Shown here: one piece after another, positions 13,445 through 24,864 of the stretch
How the letters are laid out: every line of letters begins with the position of its first letter
Position numbering within the stretch: the first letter of the stretch is position 1
NCBI GenBank assembly: GCA_013115125.1
Contig: JABANN010000206.1
Span: forward strand, 1-53,115
Source: Perkinsus olseni
Lineage: Eukaryota
DNA length: 53,115 nt
Direction of reading: 5' to 3'
The notes under the pieces: model-generated
The model's input: only the letters and a program-made list of their open reading frames with translations
Databases searched by the model: none
Told to the model about the DNA's origin: nothing
Translations under genes and position numbers: made by a program

Positions 13445-15124
13445 TCAAGAGTCTAGCATCCTCCTTACAGCTACCAGAGGAAGGGGGGAACCCGAACTTG
13501 GGCATACAATAGGAGTAGCATAAGGAGGAGGTCTACGCCTCTTGGGTTGCTCCTCAGTGGTGGCCTTAGCAGGCAATGTATTATCTTCTACCCTTACAGT
13601 AGATGCTGCACGGTCATGTTCTTCCTTCTTCCCCGTCAATGAACCACCAGTACAGGATGCTGCACTACTGCCTGCCTTCGACAACCCAACATCTTTATAT
13701 TTCTCTAACCGTTCAGGAGGATACTTGGACACAGCAGAAACGATGTTACTAACCATCTTAGGGAGGGTGGACTCAGCGACATGTCTCTCTAACCAAGCAG
13801 GCATTGAGGTGCCAACCCTAGGGTCCTCGTAGTAGTAGAGACAGTACCGGCTCTGCAGAGATGATGACCCTTGAAGTGGTGTATTAGGCTTTACACAAGA
13901 CAGGCTAATATAGTCCGTAACACGAATTGAACTATCGTCTTTCCTGCCTGCCTCCTGCAGACCAAGTGAGAGCATGGCACGAGTATCACTTGCTGGCAGT
14001 ACTAGAGGGATCTGACGATACCGATAGAGCCTAGGGGAGAAGGGCCAAGGCCACTTGGACTTCCAGACTAAGGTACTGCTACCGTCCTCCCCTTCATCCT
14101 CCTTCCTTGCCCCTTCAAACGTAGCATCCCATGAGGGCCTGTTGTCTATGTCAACGTTAAGGGCATGGAACTGGGCAGGAGCCACTGCGATATCCCCAGT
14201 CATCATCCACTGGGGGGTTGGGCTCCTCTTCCCTCCTTCAGTCATCAACTCCTTCCGCCATATCGTGCAAGTGTATTGGCCCTCCTTCTCAAGATACCCA
14301 AACTTCTGCCAACCACTATCGGCCAGGAATGCATCAGGATCGGCCCCCATCTCATCAGACACAAGTGTCAATGCATCACCTAGCAACGACTTCACCCGTG
14401 GAGGTAGGGCCAAACCAGCTGGAACATCAAACTCCTTATCCAGCCGCCCAGAGCTGGACTCGGGCACCGCTGCGGCCGGCAATTCTGCCCTATCTTCTTC
14501 CTCCGACCCCAGTGAGAGGTCGGCTGTTACGCTCTGGTTCGCGCTGCTAACCTGTGTATCTAGGTTTTCACTATTAGTGGGTTTAGCAGGAGAGGCATGG
14601 GCCTCCTCTACAGTAGCAGCAGCATACTTATCGAACGGATCCACTGGAATAAGAATCTTCTCAGAGGGCAGTGCAACAGCCGCAGAAGGAGGTAGTAGCG
14701 TATCTTTAGTCGGCCAGGGTACCAGTTGCCACGTAGGCAGGAATGACATGTGCACTGGTGCCTTGAGTAATGATGACTGAGGGGCCTCTGCTTCTTCCTG
14801 GTGCTGGTCTGCTGCCACCGCCGATGATGCCAGTCCAGGGTTACCGTGATGCTCATCACTACCGTCCTGTTCAACTGCCCCGGACACCACCTCCATGCGG
14901 CCCTTAGCTTCCTTGCTATCCTTCCAAACCTCATGTACTACCACCGCCCCCACAGCCATACCCAGCATCAGCTTTTGCCGCACAGACGGCTTGCCCAGAC
15001 GATAAAGCGTATCCAACCCGAACTCACCACTGAAAGAAGACCATCGCCATCGATGATGGTTATGAGACAAAGTGCTCTTATGATAGTAACAGTACTGGCG
15101 GGAATGCCATGATAAAACAACCAT
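13445..15124 (-). CDS. START-domain lipid-binding protein (PCTP/STARD7-like), intronless, with N-terminal hydrophobic segment
   Basis: 559-aa ORF. DIDNRPSWDATF, LVWKSKWPWPFSPRLYRY and YYEDPRVGTSMPAWL match START-domain signatures (R..WD, W..K.PWP..PR.Y, DP...P.W). Confidence 0.8.
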   Translation of the reverse strand: MVVLSWHSRQYCYYHKSTLSHNHHRWRWSSFSGEFGLDTLYRLGKPSVRQKLMLGMAVGAVVVHEVWKDSKEAKGRMEVVSGAVEQDGSDEHHGNPGLASSAVAADQHQEEAEAPQSSLLKAPVHMSFLPTWQLVPWPTKDTLLPPSAAVALPSEKILIPVDPFDKYAAATVEEAHASPAKPTNSENLDTQVSSANQSVTADLSLGSEEEDRAELPAAAVPESSSGRLDKEFDVPAGLALPPRVKSLLGDALTLVSDEMGADPDAFLADSGWQKFGYLEKEGQYTCTIWRKELMTEGGKRSPTPQWMMTGDIAVAPAQFHALNVDIDNRPSWDATFEGARKEDEGEDGSSTLVWKSKWPWPFSPRLYRYRQIPLVLPASDTRAMLSLGLQEAGRKDDSSIRVTDYISLSCVKPNTPLQGSSSLQSRYCLYYYEDPRVGTSMPAWLERHVAESTLPKMVSNIVSAVSKYPPERLEKYKDVGLSKAGSSAASCTGGSLTGKKEEHDRAASTVRVEDNTLPAKATTEEQPKRRRPPPYATPIVCPSSGSPLPLVAVRRMLDS

Positions 15125-15279
15125 TATCGGAAAACTAAAACTAGAGGCAGCCTAGACCATTGCCTACTGCATCAACACAACAGTAATGGTCCTGCGTCTG
15201 TGAGTAGAAATGGGTATGAGGAACTGTCCCTTCTCTCTAGATGATTAATATTCCTGCGGCTACTGTAACAAAATATCAA

Positions 15280-15312
<33 letters not shown>
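15280..15312. repeat. (ATC)n microsatellite
   Basis: About 11 perfect atc units; encodes poly-Asp in minus ORF 15260..15634. Confidence 0.9.
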
Positions 15313-15313
<1 letters not shown>

Positions 15314-15630
15314 TGCGTTCAAATCCACAGGGCCCATCACAGGAGAGGCCTCTTTAGGCGCCTCGGGACGGGAGGGATGAATATTATACAAAACGGCATC
15401 ATCCAACCCCCATGAGTAGAATAGAACCCTGAATAACACCACCACAGTGGATATACGCCGAGACCAGATCGGTAACATAATCTTCGTCACAGGTGGGAAT
15501 GGCAACAAAGTCTTGAGTCGATGCAGCAGGTAGGCGTCAGCTCGGCTACGGCACAGCAGAGAAGCATAGGTGATACCAAAGCGCAGGTTAACAAAACTCT
15601 TGGTGATGCTTCTCGCAGTCACTGCATCGG

Positions 15631-16272
15631 TCATACATTGAGGTAGAGGGCGGCAGCAGCCGCAGGTATGGGAATAGTAGCACTACCACTACTGTTGTAG
15701 GGTTGCACCGGGACAAGGGCAGTACTGCAGCTGTACTTCACGTTATCCTTATCAGTACCACCAGGACTCTTCATCAGAGGTGAACGGCACAGCGGACAAG
15801 AGCTCACAGCAGGAGCATCGCTATGCCGTCGCCTTCTCCTATCGTACTCATCATGTACAATGACTTCCTTCATACAATTCTCATGAAACTCGTGACCGCA
15901 CGACTTCAACTTAACCCAATTACCGGCTATCGACTCATCTTGTAGGCATACAGCACAGGTGTCCTCATCCATTGGTCTACTCTCCACATCAGCAACGCTA
16001 TCCAATAACAACGCAGCGCGGGCGTTGGCCTTCGCCGTCCTTATTCTTTCCGCCTCAGTAATGCGACGGTTCCGGGCCACTTGTTTTCGATATGAAAGGT
16101 ACCGAGAGAGAGCGAAGGGTACGAATACCCAGGCTACTAGTACCGCTATAATGGCTACTCGGCCGGTACCAGAATTACTTATCAGACTCAACAATAGTAC
16201 CAAGGCAACGGAGGTCCAGACGAAGGCTAGAAATGGCCTCCGTGCGAAAAGCCGCCGAACTGTATCATTCAT
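15631..16272 (-). CDS. Transmembrane RING-H2 (C3H2C3) E3 ubiquitin ligase-like protein, intronless
   Basis: Two N-terminal hydrophobic helices, then CAVC...CGHEFHENC...CPLCR. Confidence 0.85.
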   Translation of the reverse strand: MNDTVRRLFARRPFLAFVWTSVALVLLLSLISNSGTGRVAIIAVLVAWVFVPFALSRYLSYRKQVARNRRITEAERIRTAKANARAALLLDSVADVESRPMDEDTCAVCLQDESIAGNWVKLKSCGHEFHENCMKEVIVHDEYDRRRRRHSDAPAVSSCPLCRSPLMKSPGGTDKDNVKYSCSTALVPVQPYNSSGSATIPIPAAAAALYLNV

Positions 16273-17072
16273 GCAGCAGCAGCAGGTCGGAGTAGCGAAT
16301 CGAGAGGGAATTCTCTCTGAGTAGAGATAAAGTCACTACTCGGCAGCAAGAAAGTTAAAACTGAGAAGACCGGCATGTTATGAAACACAGAGATACTAAT
16401 CCCACTCCTCCAGAGATCAATCTGAAGCGTGTCACCTCGACCACCAAAGCGACGAAAGAGACCCTCTTCGAGAGATAACTACGCGCCTTACTCGTAGTAC
16501 TATATTGGTGACCTTCAATAAGCATCAAGGGAGTGTGGCAACGGCTGACGACGCAAGTGGACACCTGCATACCTAAGGCCCGGGTAGTGTGTTGCGCTTT
16601 GAAGTTGAGCCGCAAAAATGCAAGGGGAATGGTGGAAGTGATCCGAGGAAGAATCTCGCTCGCCCGATAATTTCACGGCACGCGTGCTGCTGAATCTACA
16701 AGGGTTCGTCGTTGGCTGCTATGAGCAGCCCGTCTCCGCGAGATCAACCTCGTAAGGCCTGGTACGGTGGCCAGCACTGTGTACGTGGCTGCTTAGGAGA
16801 GTAGAGCGTTCGATAAAAGCACCCGTTTCAGCGCCCACGGAAGTATCGAATTTATCTAGTGCCAAAGACGGGGCCCGAAATAGTCGTAGATCATGCCAAG
16901 AACACTGTGTGAGGGCAGTCTCAGCCTGCTTAGCCACCATTCGAACGCAAGCATCTCAAACAGGGGTCTAGACATCTTCGACACAATGCACATGCAACAC
17001 CAGTGATGACTGGTGACCAGCCAGGACATCTCGATAAAATCAGATAAGCAAGCGCGATAACAACGAGCTTCA

Positions 17073-17968
17073 TCACTGCTCACTACGATTCTCTTCCCAC
17101 TCCTCAAGTTGATCCTGGATTCTTGCAGCATTGTCTTTAACGAAATCAAACAGCCAATCAAGGTCACCACGTACATACTTCCCACAGGGGTGGAAGGCAA
17201 GGAAGTGATATATTGTCTCGCATGTACGAGTGTTGTACCCTGAACTCCAATCAATCTTATTGATGAGAGATTTCGTAGCGTTTCCTTTCAAATGAGCCAA
17301 GGGTGAGAACGGGCCCTCTTTCAGGAGCATTTCCTCGGCACGACTCCTCTCTTCAGTACCCCTCGCCCCAACCTCGATCTTCGGATGCCCACCATCGCGG
17401 GACGCATGATACGAGGATGCTTGCACGACTAGCTGATTCTCGTCCTCTCTGAAGGCGACGAAGGTGAAGCCAATCAGCGGTAGCGAGACAAAGATAATTC
17501 GCGGCTTACTCAACAATCAAGTTACGACGAATGGGAACGTCGTGCGAAAGGGCTTTGATGTAAGTGAAAGCTTCCTGCTCTCTGTCTAGGTGAAGCCAGA
17601 GACGCAGTCCTTCGCTGATATACTGCCGTTTAAGAAAACAAAGATCGCCAATATTATTCTCCTTATTATGGACATACTCCACCTCTGCCTGACAGTTCGG
17701 ATCCAGTTCAAGACACGACTGTCGAGCCAACAGGATAAACCAGTTGCAGGCTGCTCAAGACTTACAGTAGCGTCGGTCGCGTACTCCCCGAATTTAACAG
17801 TATCCTCGTTCACCTGCAGGCAACTCTAGATTAACGAAGCATCGAGCTGGGTTGTATAGGGCTACTCACCTCTAGAGCCTTCGGCTGTTCACCACTACTA
17901 TGGAGAGCCTCGAGAGAAGATGGCATGAGGAGAAGGACGGTCACCGAGTAAAGGCAGATGATAGTCAT
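17073..17968 (-). CDS. Putative secreted lineage-specific protein, 4 exons
   Basis: MTIICLYSVTVLLLMPSSLEA is signal-peptide-like. Three canonical introns (gtgagt..cag, gtaagt..cag, gtaagc..cag) join the ORF pieces 17586-17813, 17506-17730 and 17073-17516 in frame. Confidence 0.7.
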
Positions 17969-18021
17969 TGTTAATAACAACGAGTGTAGTCCCTAAGGCA
18001 AAGAATCGGCCGGCAGGCCGG

Positions 18022-18029
18022 TTTTTATA
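18022..18029 (-). promoter_or_regulatory. Candidate TATA box (TATAAAAA) about 55 nt upstream of the secreted-protein ATG
   Basis: The plus strand reads tttttata, embedded in GC-rich flanks, at a typical distance upstream of ATG 17968. Confidence 0.4.
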
Positions 18030-19288
18030 AGCTCCCGCGGGCGCTGGGGCCGATGTTCCAGGAAAATTTGAGGATGTCCGATTTCTTAGAATCCCTAGTT
18101 GGGTTGTCCCAACACTCCACTGTGGCGGTGCACAACAGAACTTCCGTCAGCAAAAGTGGTAAGGTGACGACTGTCAGCAAAACCTCGCTCGCGGAAAATA
18201 ATGAACGGCATGAAATGAACGGATAATGAAGGCTCGCATTGAACAGAAGCTGCTTTGGGCCACCTTCATCTGCTCCCTGCTTCTTGTGCGCAGCCTCATG
18301 CTCAATTAGTCTGCTACCGGGCTTCCATCTTGTAGAATCACCACATTTTTTACAGCCACATCAGCAAAACTCGCACGAGTAGAGGAACTTGCCCCGGAGT
18401 CCGAGGCCCGGACGTCCTCAAGCTGGAGCCAATCATACTTGCTCGCGAACTTTCTAATGCAGCTCATTGATCTCGGAGAAAGGGGATATCCTGAGTATCC
18501 TATTAGCTGACCGATCTTTGCATGTGTTGAGGCTGCAGCGCAAGCGCGCCTGACGCGTGCGTGCCATGCACATGCGCGCTAACCCGGATGGTACGTGGGT
18601 GGTCCGAATTTCGTATTTCAACCCGCCTAGAGCCCCGACAGATGCGACTCAGGGCCCGATTTTACATCCGCGCGTAACCGACTTAGGGATTAACAGTTTG
18701 TTATAACAAGACCAATAGGAGGGTAACCGCAAGAATTATCCACGCTATTCGCCATGCTATCGATTGACACTATCGAGTTGGCAGCTCGATGGATGCTCGC
18801 CTGCCAGCTTCTCAATTATTCTTCCCTTCCTCATACCTCCGCACCCATATGCCTGCGAAGGAGTGGAAGTGGAAGATCAGCAACCTAAATTTCCCCGAAA
18901 CTTTGAGGACCGAAGTATCCGGCCGGCATGGTTGAGGTCTTGCAGAACAGATGATCGACAGAAAGACCGACGCTCCTAAGACTTGCGCCTATTATTATAG
19001 ATGGAGGTTCATGCTTAGCCTGTAGCGAGCCCAAGCGAACGGGCGAAGGCCCAATAACTTCATGGAAGCGGGAAATCATCGTTCGTGCGCCGCCCATTGT
19101 TCTCGCCCCCCCCCCGCTGATCGGCATACAAGAAGAAAGGCCACCTACGCCGGCGCTCAAATTTTCCGCATTTCGAGCGCACTCTACTTTCTGGCGCATC
19201 GAGATGAAACCGTTCGCCCCAAGTGACTCCTCTCACTTCTCGAAGGCACACAGCACTGACGCGCAACATGTAATGCTTCTCCGAAACG

Positions 19289-22200
19289 TCATTCCCCCTC
19301 GGGCTGCCTATGCTTCTTCTCTTTCTTTAAAGGCTGCACCTCTAGTCCCAACGACCGGAACATAAAGCTCATCTCCCGGCAGGTCTCCTCGTAGTTCTGT
19401 GGCGCAGACGTCGTGCCGAAGTGTCCGCCTTCTCCAGCCTTGTGGATCCGTACCACTAGATTATCGGCCTCGGTAGCAGTCCGAAGCCGTTCCGCCCATT
19501 TCAGTGGAGCCCAGTAAGGCACTCTCGAGTCATCAACAGCGCAGGATAGGAAAATGGGAGGGTAGGTGACGGAACTGCCACTGCTTTCACAACCTGATGT
19601 TGACACAGCCGTAACCACTACTACACCGATAGAGCTGGTGCTTACTACTGATGATGTTATGGTAGGGCGCATAGCTCTTCATAGCGGCCATTGCATCTGG
19701 ATCCCTAACAATATCCCCCCATTCCTCCTTCTCGTGTTGAGTTAGAGGTAGAGTATCGTCCAGCATACACGAGAGTGGATCAAGGAAAGGAACCCGAAGT
19801 ATCTGATAAACCTATTCAACGAATGATGACACTGAGATGGTCGAGGGCGTACCGCAGCACCGCCAATCCACCGATTGCCCCATAGATTGAGGTGCTCTGC
19901 CAGAATGAGTCCCCCGGCGGAGGCTGCCGTTGCACAGAGCAGCTCCGGCCGAGTGACATCATTAGCGACGAGCCATCTCAAACAATCCTCGAAGTCCGTC
20001 AGTGACCAGTGTCGGCTTGAACTCCTACAAAGGGAATCTTCGTAGTGCGACTAGAAAGGTGGTGTATTACTTAGCCTGTTGATGCCATGCAGCCCCTCTC
20101 TCCCCTCCGCCCCGGACATGTGCCCATGCCACATTCCAGCCTCTAGAGATCAAGGATATTGTCCTCGGATGCCAGGCTGCTTCCAGTACCGTGCCGTATA
20201 CACCATACCTACCGTAGGAATCAAGCGGGAGAAAAAGGGCTTCTCATTAATTCTCGGGGGTGTGGGCCTTACACTTGCACGAAAGTGGGGGCCGGCTGAC
20301 CAACACTGCCCGCTGGTGATGCTAGAGTGAGCAGGATATCTGCTGACCCATCGCTGGACGGGACCCTAACCTGAAGAACACCGATGCAACGCCCGAGTCA
20401 CTCAGAACCGCCTGATGAGGAATGCGAAGAACAGTGAGCACCCCTACAATACTACTGCTCACCCTTTCCACAGTCATTTCCGGTTCCCGTTTGTATTGAT
20501 ACTCCCTGCTCTTTGTGGCCTTTATTTTGAACTCGGTCATATCATAGTCCAATGCAACCCCAGGTATAGCAGGGGAGGAGAATATCAGTCGTGAGCTCTT
20601 TGCGAAGAAGTCGCCATTAACGCCTAAATCTCCGGCATTGCCCTCAAACCACCCGAGCGTCTCTAGTCCTACCCAGTTCAACCGCTCCCACTTTGAAGCG
20701 TCCAACGAAGGGAAATCGGAAGGCGTCGTCGACATCTGGGTGCAGATCGACTTCGGTATTGATAAGCTGCGCCGCCGTCGGTGCCTTCTCCATGGTCTCC
20801 GATAAGGCCTCCTCCACTACGTGGTCGGCTGCAGTGGACTCGGGGTCCCTCCGCTTCAAAGCCTCATAGTCAGCAAGCTTTCTAGCAGCTTCCTTCTCAG
20901 AAGCATCATCCGGTGCTCCAGAGATAACCTTCGAGAACATATCCTCAACGGTCTCCTGCGGTGGCTTCTCCCGCAGGTCCAACACCTTATCAGTCGGGTC
21001 CTGAACCGTGACCATTGACTACCTAGAACGTCGGTACTTGGTTGATGCTCACATGGTGCTTGGCACGATGCTGCATGAGGTGGACGAGTGGTACGAACGC
21101 AGTCGGCTTATCCTTCTTCACGTGGTCCGGTGTACCACACTGGGTGTCCTCAAAGTGTACGGCCTACAAGGGGTTAGTGATGGCAAGCTAGAAGGTGGTA
21201 ACCTACCTCTACAGCAGGCTCCCCCTCCATTCCCCAACCATACAGCATGAGGCATCGATCGAACATATCAATATCAGTGATAGACATCTCGTCTGGGGTA
21301 TGGAAGTGCTCCCATGCAGCCTCTCCCACACCATTGCTAATGTCAGCTAGACTAGCCCTGTAGACCGCGAAGTCCGGGTTGCTCTCGTTGGACACGGCGT
21401 AGATGTACCCCCAACGGTGCTCGCAGTAGTACTCCACACCAGAAACAGGAGCCTTCACAGGCTGCGGTGTGCCCTCCTCGGAGTCGCTAGATATGACACA
21501 AACCCTTGATGTGGTCTTGGTAACAGCGGACATGAATATAACTTTACCATCCTTGCTCTTGAACACATCAACATACTCCGCTGGATCAGTGCTCTCAAAG
21601 ACAACCTGCATCATCATTATGACTACGCCTAAGGCCATTACATGGAAGGACAATCACCCACCTCGTGGACGCTGCCATCGATCGTTCTGCGAACGACCCT
21701 CCACGACCTCAAGGTCTCCGGGTCCAGCTCAGTGTAATAGAGCATCTCCTTACCCGGGATGTACGTTACCTTGTCCACCCATTCAAAATTCCGTACCAAT
21801 GGTATCTGAGAATCACACGGTTGCTGCCATCTTCCCGGCACAGCATCGTACTTCGGGATAATGTGTGGGACCCCCGCCTGGTACGTGGCGGAAGATTAGA
21901 TCGAAGCGCTCATCGCCAGTAAAGTCTACTACCACCCCAACGAGGGAGTTGGAAGGGGCAAGCTTCACCGCTACTACTTCAACATACCTGTCATGAGAGC
22001 ATCTACCAATCCACAACATCACAGGATGACCTACGTGCCCTGGCCACGCTCTCGGACTAGCTCCCTCGTACAGAGCACCACTTCCTCATCTGCGGCGTGG
22101 GCCCCAGCACCAGCCACGGATGCAGGCACACGGCAGAAGCGGAGGAACTGCAGGCGGTCCTGGTCTAGCTCTTCTTGTGAAGTAGCGGTGTCGTCGGAGC

Positions 22201-22752
22201 CGACCATTCTCTGGAAGTACAAGTAGCCTACGGAGGAGTTACGTCGAGGATTGGTAATGGTGGCAGTTACCCTTGTCCTCCTCAGGCGACGATGTCCCCT
22301 CAGGCACCAACATGTCCGAGGCCTCATCGAAGAGTATCTTCTCGTATTCAAGACCTTTAGGGTTAGAAAAATACCTACAACAGACGTGAGCAAGCTGACA
22401 AATCCGTAGAGGTTGTCGGAATCATACTCATCAGCCAGGTCGTTCTCAGCGTCTATGATGGTCTGTACAGGGAGGGAGGTGGTAGGGTCCGCCACTTGCA
22501 CGAAGGACCAAGGATCATCGGCTGGATTGATGGCGCTCGGCCCGGGAGCGTGAAATAGTTGGCCTGATGAAACGGTGAACGGTCGAGACCCAATCCAGCC
22601 ATCACCAGGTCAGCTTCTCGCTGGAACCTACCCGCATGCCGCCCAGGGGCTGCTGCTGCTGCTGCCAGGCGGGTCGCTGGACCAACCACACCTGCAGTGC
22701 GCAAAGCCCCATTGAGTACTTGCCGCATCTTCATCGCCGATGATGAGGACAT
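19289..22752 (-). CDS. Prolyl oligopeptidase family S9A (oligopeptidase B / PREPL-like) serine peptidase, multi-exon
   Basis: Propeller segments (KLAPSNSLVGVVVDFTGDERF, SKDGKVIF, GVEYYCEH), VYGIYG, AHVRGGGERG, DFEDCLRWLV, nucleophile CATAASAGGLIL, VPFLD, Asp in DDSRVPYW and His in GEGGHFG. Arg-rich presequence-like N-terminus; start codon approximate. Confidence 0.85.
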
Positions 22753-22905
22753 GAGAGCATAGAAACTAGGGGACTGCCAAACTGAGAAGGGTGTCGAGCA
22801 TTGAGAGACGAGTTGTGCAGAGAGCTGGCGGATCGCCGAAGCAGCAACATCGGCTGCTGCTGCTGCTGTTGCCATCAACGCAGCCAGATTGAAGTGTTTA
22901 GAAGC

Positions 22906-23309
22906 TCATGGTTTGTCCACTGGTTTGAATTCTCTGCGGCACATCGGACATGGCTTCTGCTCATTAATCCACCTGATGGTATAGGCTTCGAGTTCGGGAA
23001 GAGATGGTACTGACCTTGATATGCAGTGGATGTGAAAATGATGACCGCATTCTCCCCACACTGGGGGGCAGTCATCCCCTGGTATCCTGCACTCCCCACA
23101 GGTGGCATCGAATGGCTGGCAGCAGATAGCACAGTCATCCTGACATCCTGAATCACTCATCATCATCATCATCATCATCATCATGATTCATGATGATGAT
23201 GATGGTGGTGGTCGGCATAGCAGCTATGTACGATTACGCGTCTTACCTCGGCGGTCTTCCACTTCCATGCAGCTACTGCGTGGATCTTCTTCACTTTTAT
23301 CTTCATCAT
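22906..23309 (-). CDS. APC11: Anaphase-promoting complex subunit 11 (RING-H2), 3 exons
   Basis: Spliced product MMKIKVKKIHAVAAWKWKTAE-DDCAICCQPFDATCGECRIPGDDCPPVWGECGHHFHIHCISR-WINEQKPCPMCRREF is the APC11 signature. Confidence 0.93.
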
Positions 23310-23472
23310 ACCACCTCCTGGTAATGAGATTTTCAAGCTATCAACTATGACAAGCAGAGTGCTACTGTAGACTATCACTCCTTATAAACGCTACACGGTT
23401 GATAGTAATAATGACAAGGGAAGCTGGCCCTGCATGGCCATGATAACGACGATGACGACGACGATGGTGGCC

Positions 23473-24776
23473 CTAGAGTATATCTAGCTTAGTGACACTC
23501 TTGTACGGGTTCCTCTCTGGAGGGAACCATGTGGGGCAGTCCGCTCCGTCACGATGGGTTACGTTGTAGAATCCCAGGCACCTGATAAGCAACCGTACCC
23601 ACTAAGGGTAGCTCATCCCTACCAGCTACGATTCTCTGGCTTCTGAAGGTACTGCCAGTGTGACGTAGGCTCCAGATCGACCAGGCAGGTATACTGTATT
23701 ACAAGACTGAATAGAGGGGGGCATCCATTGACGTAGAAGGAGGTAGCCCTCCTCCCTTGCCCTTCGTCCTTCGCCATCTGCCATGCTGTGTTGACCTCCT
23801 TGAACCCTGTGTCATCGGCAAGCAGCCAGTTACGGCAGTTGGCTATCCTAATAACGACAAGGAGATACCCTCACTCTTGGAACCCTGAGCGTACTTGTGA
23901 AAGTTCTTGATGTCATTATACGCTCCTTCTGCTGTATGGCTGCCGTCAACAAAGACGAGGTCGCAGCGCAGGTCAGGATACTTATCGATTATGTCTGGTA
24001 GTGCATAATAGCTGTCACCGAGGACGTACTCAAACCTGGATGGTGAAGGCAGTAGTGATCTAGTGGAGCCTGTTGATGATGACCTGTCCGGGAAGAGCTG
24101 TGCAGCGAGGCGTAAGTTGTGCATAGTGTACTCAAACTGGCCCAGGTCGAAGGTTATCACCCTTGCAGACGGGTTTGCTATGAGGAACACCTGCCGTCTG
24201 ACTAGTAGTCGACTAATTTCCAGTCTATGCCCCCCCTTCTCCCTACTGCTGCGCTGTGGCCAGCGTTGAAGCCTGTTTCGCAGATCGTGCTTATCCAGGG
24301 GGATCTTGCTACTTCGAAGAACATCTCCAGCTGGTAGTCAGACTTTGCTATGTTACCCTCGCGGTACATGAAATGCCTACGGGAAACCTCGTATCATGTA
24401 CACCTGAGCAGGCTTCACTATAGCCCACCTTCGACTCTCCCGATCGAACATGAGAGCCAGGGACCTGATACGGCAGGCTAGGCTCAGCTACAGTGACGTG
24501 ACGAAATCCACTTGGCATTGTCGAGAGTTGATACCCTCCACCAATCCTCAGCGGGCACCCGACTGATTTGTGACAAGAAGGCCAACAGAGGGAAGATGTA
24601 CAGTGTACAGGAAGGCATTGAGATGGACACACCCTAACTGGACCGCAGACCTTGCCGCTGAGCAGCACGAGGGAAAGCTCTGCCCCTTCCCCCCAATGAA
24701 CGCACAGGCAGGCTAGAGAGGTCGTTGTAAGTGACGGCCGTCCTGATCGTGGAGGGTCCCGGGCCAACAGAGGCAT
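23473..24776 (-). CDS. Class I SAM-dependent methyltransferase (Methyltransf_24-like), multi-exon
   Basis: TICETGFNAGHS (motif I), RVITFDLG, VLGDS, CDLVFVDGSHTAEGAYNDI and LLADD. Start approximate. Confidence 0.8.
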
Positions 24777-24864
24777 ACTGAAGAGAATCCGAAAGTGGCA
24801 AGAGACTATTTTCCCTACAGCATGGTACGTAGTAGTAGCAGAAAGGTACAAAGGAAACTAGACA

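Noticed and set aside
14055-14780. 241-aa plus-strand ORF
   Set aside because: Antisense shadow of the START gene, with Ser-rich non-protein-like composition.
16719-16940. Short ORFs downstream of the secreted gene
   Set aside because: No recognisable motif or consistent splice pattern.
20640-20740. Apparent frameshift between overlapping ORFs in the S9 peptidase
   Set aside because: Resolved by a ~49-nt GT-AG intron (aaa|gtggga...ttgag|ggc); no recoding or pseudogene needed.
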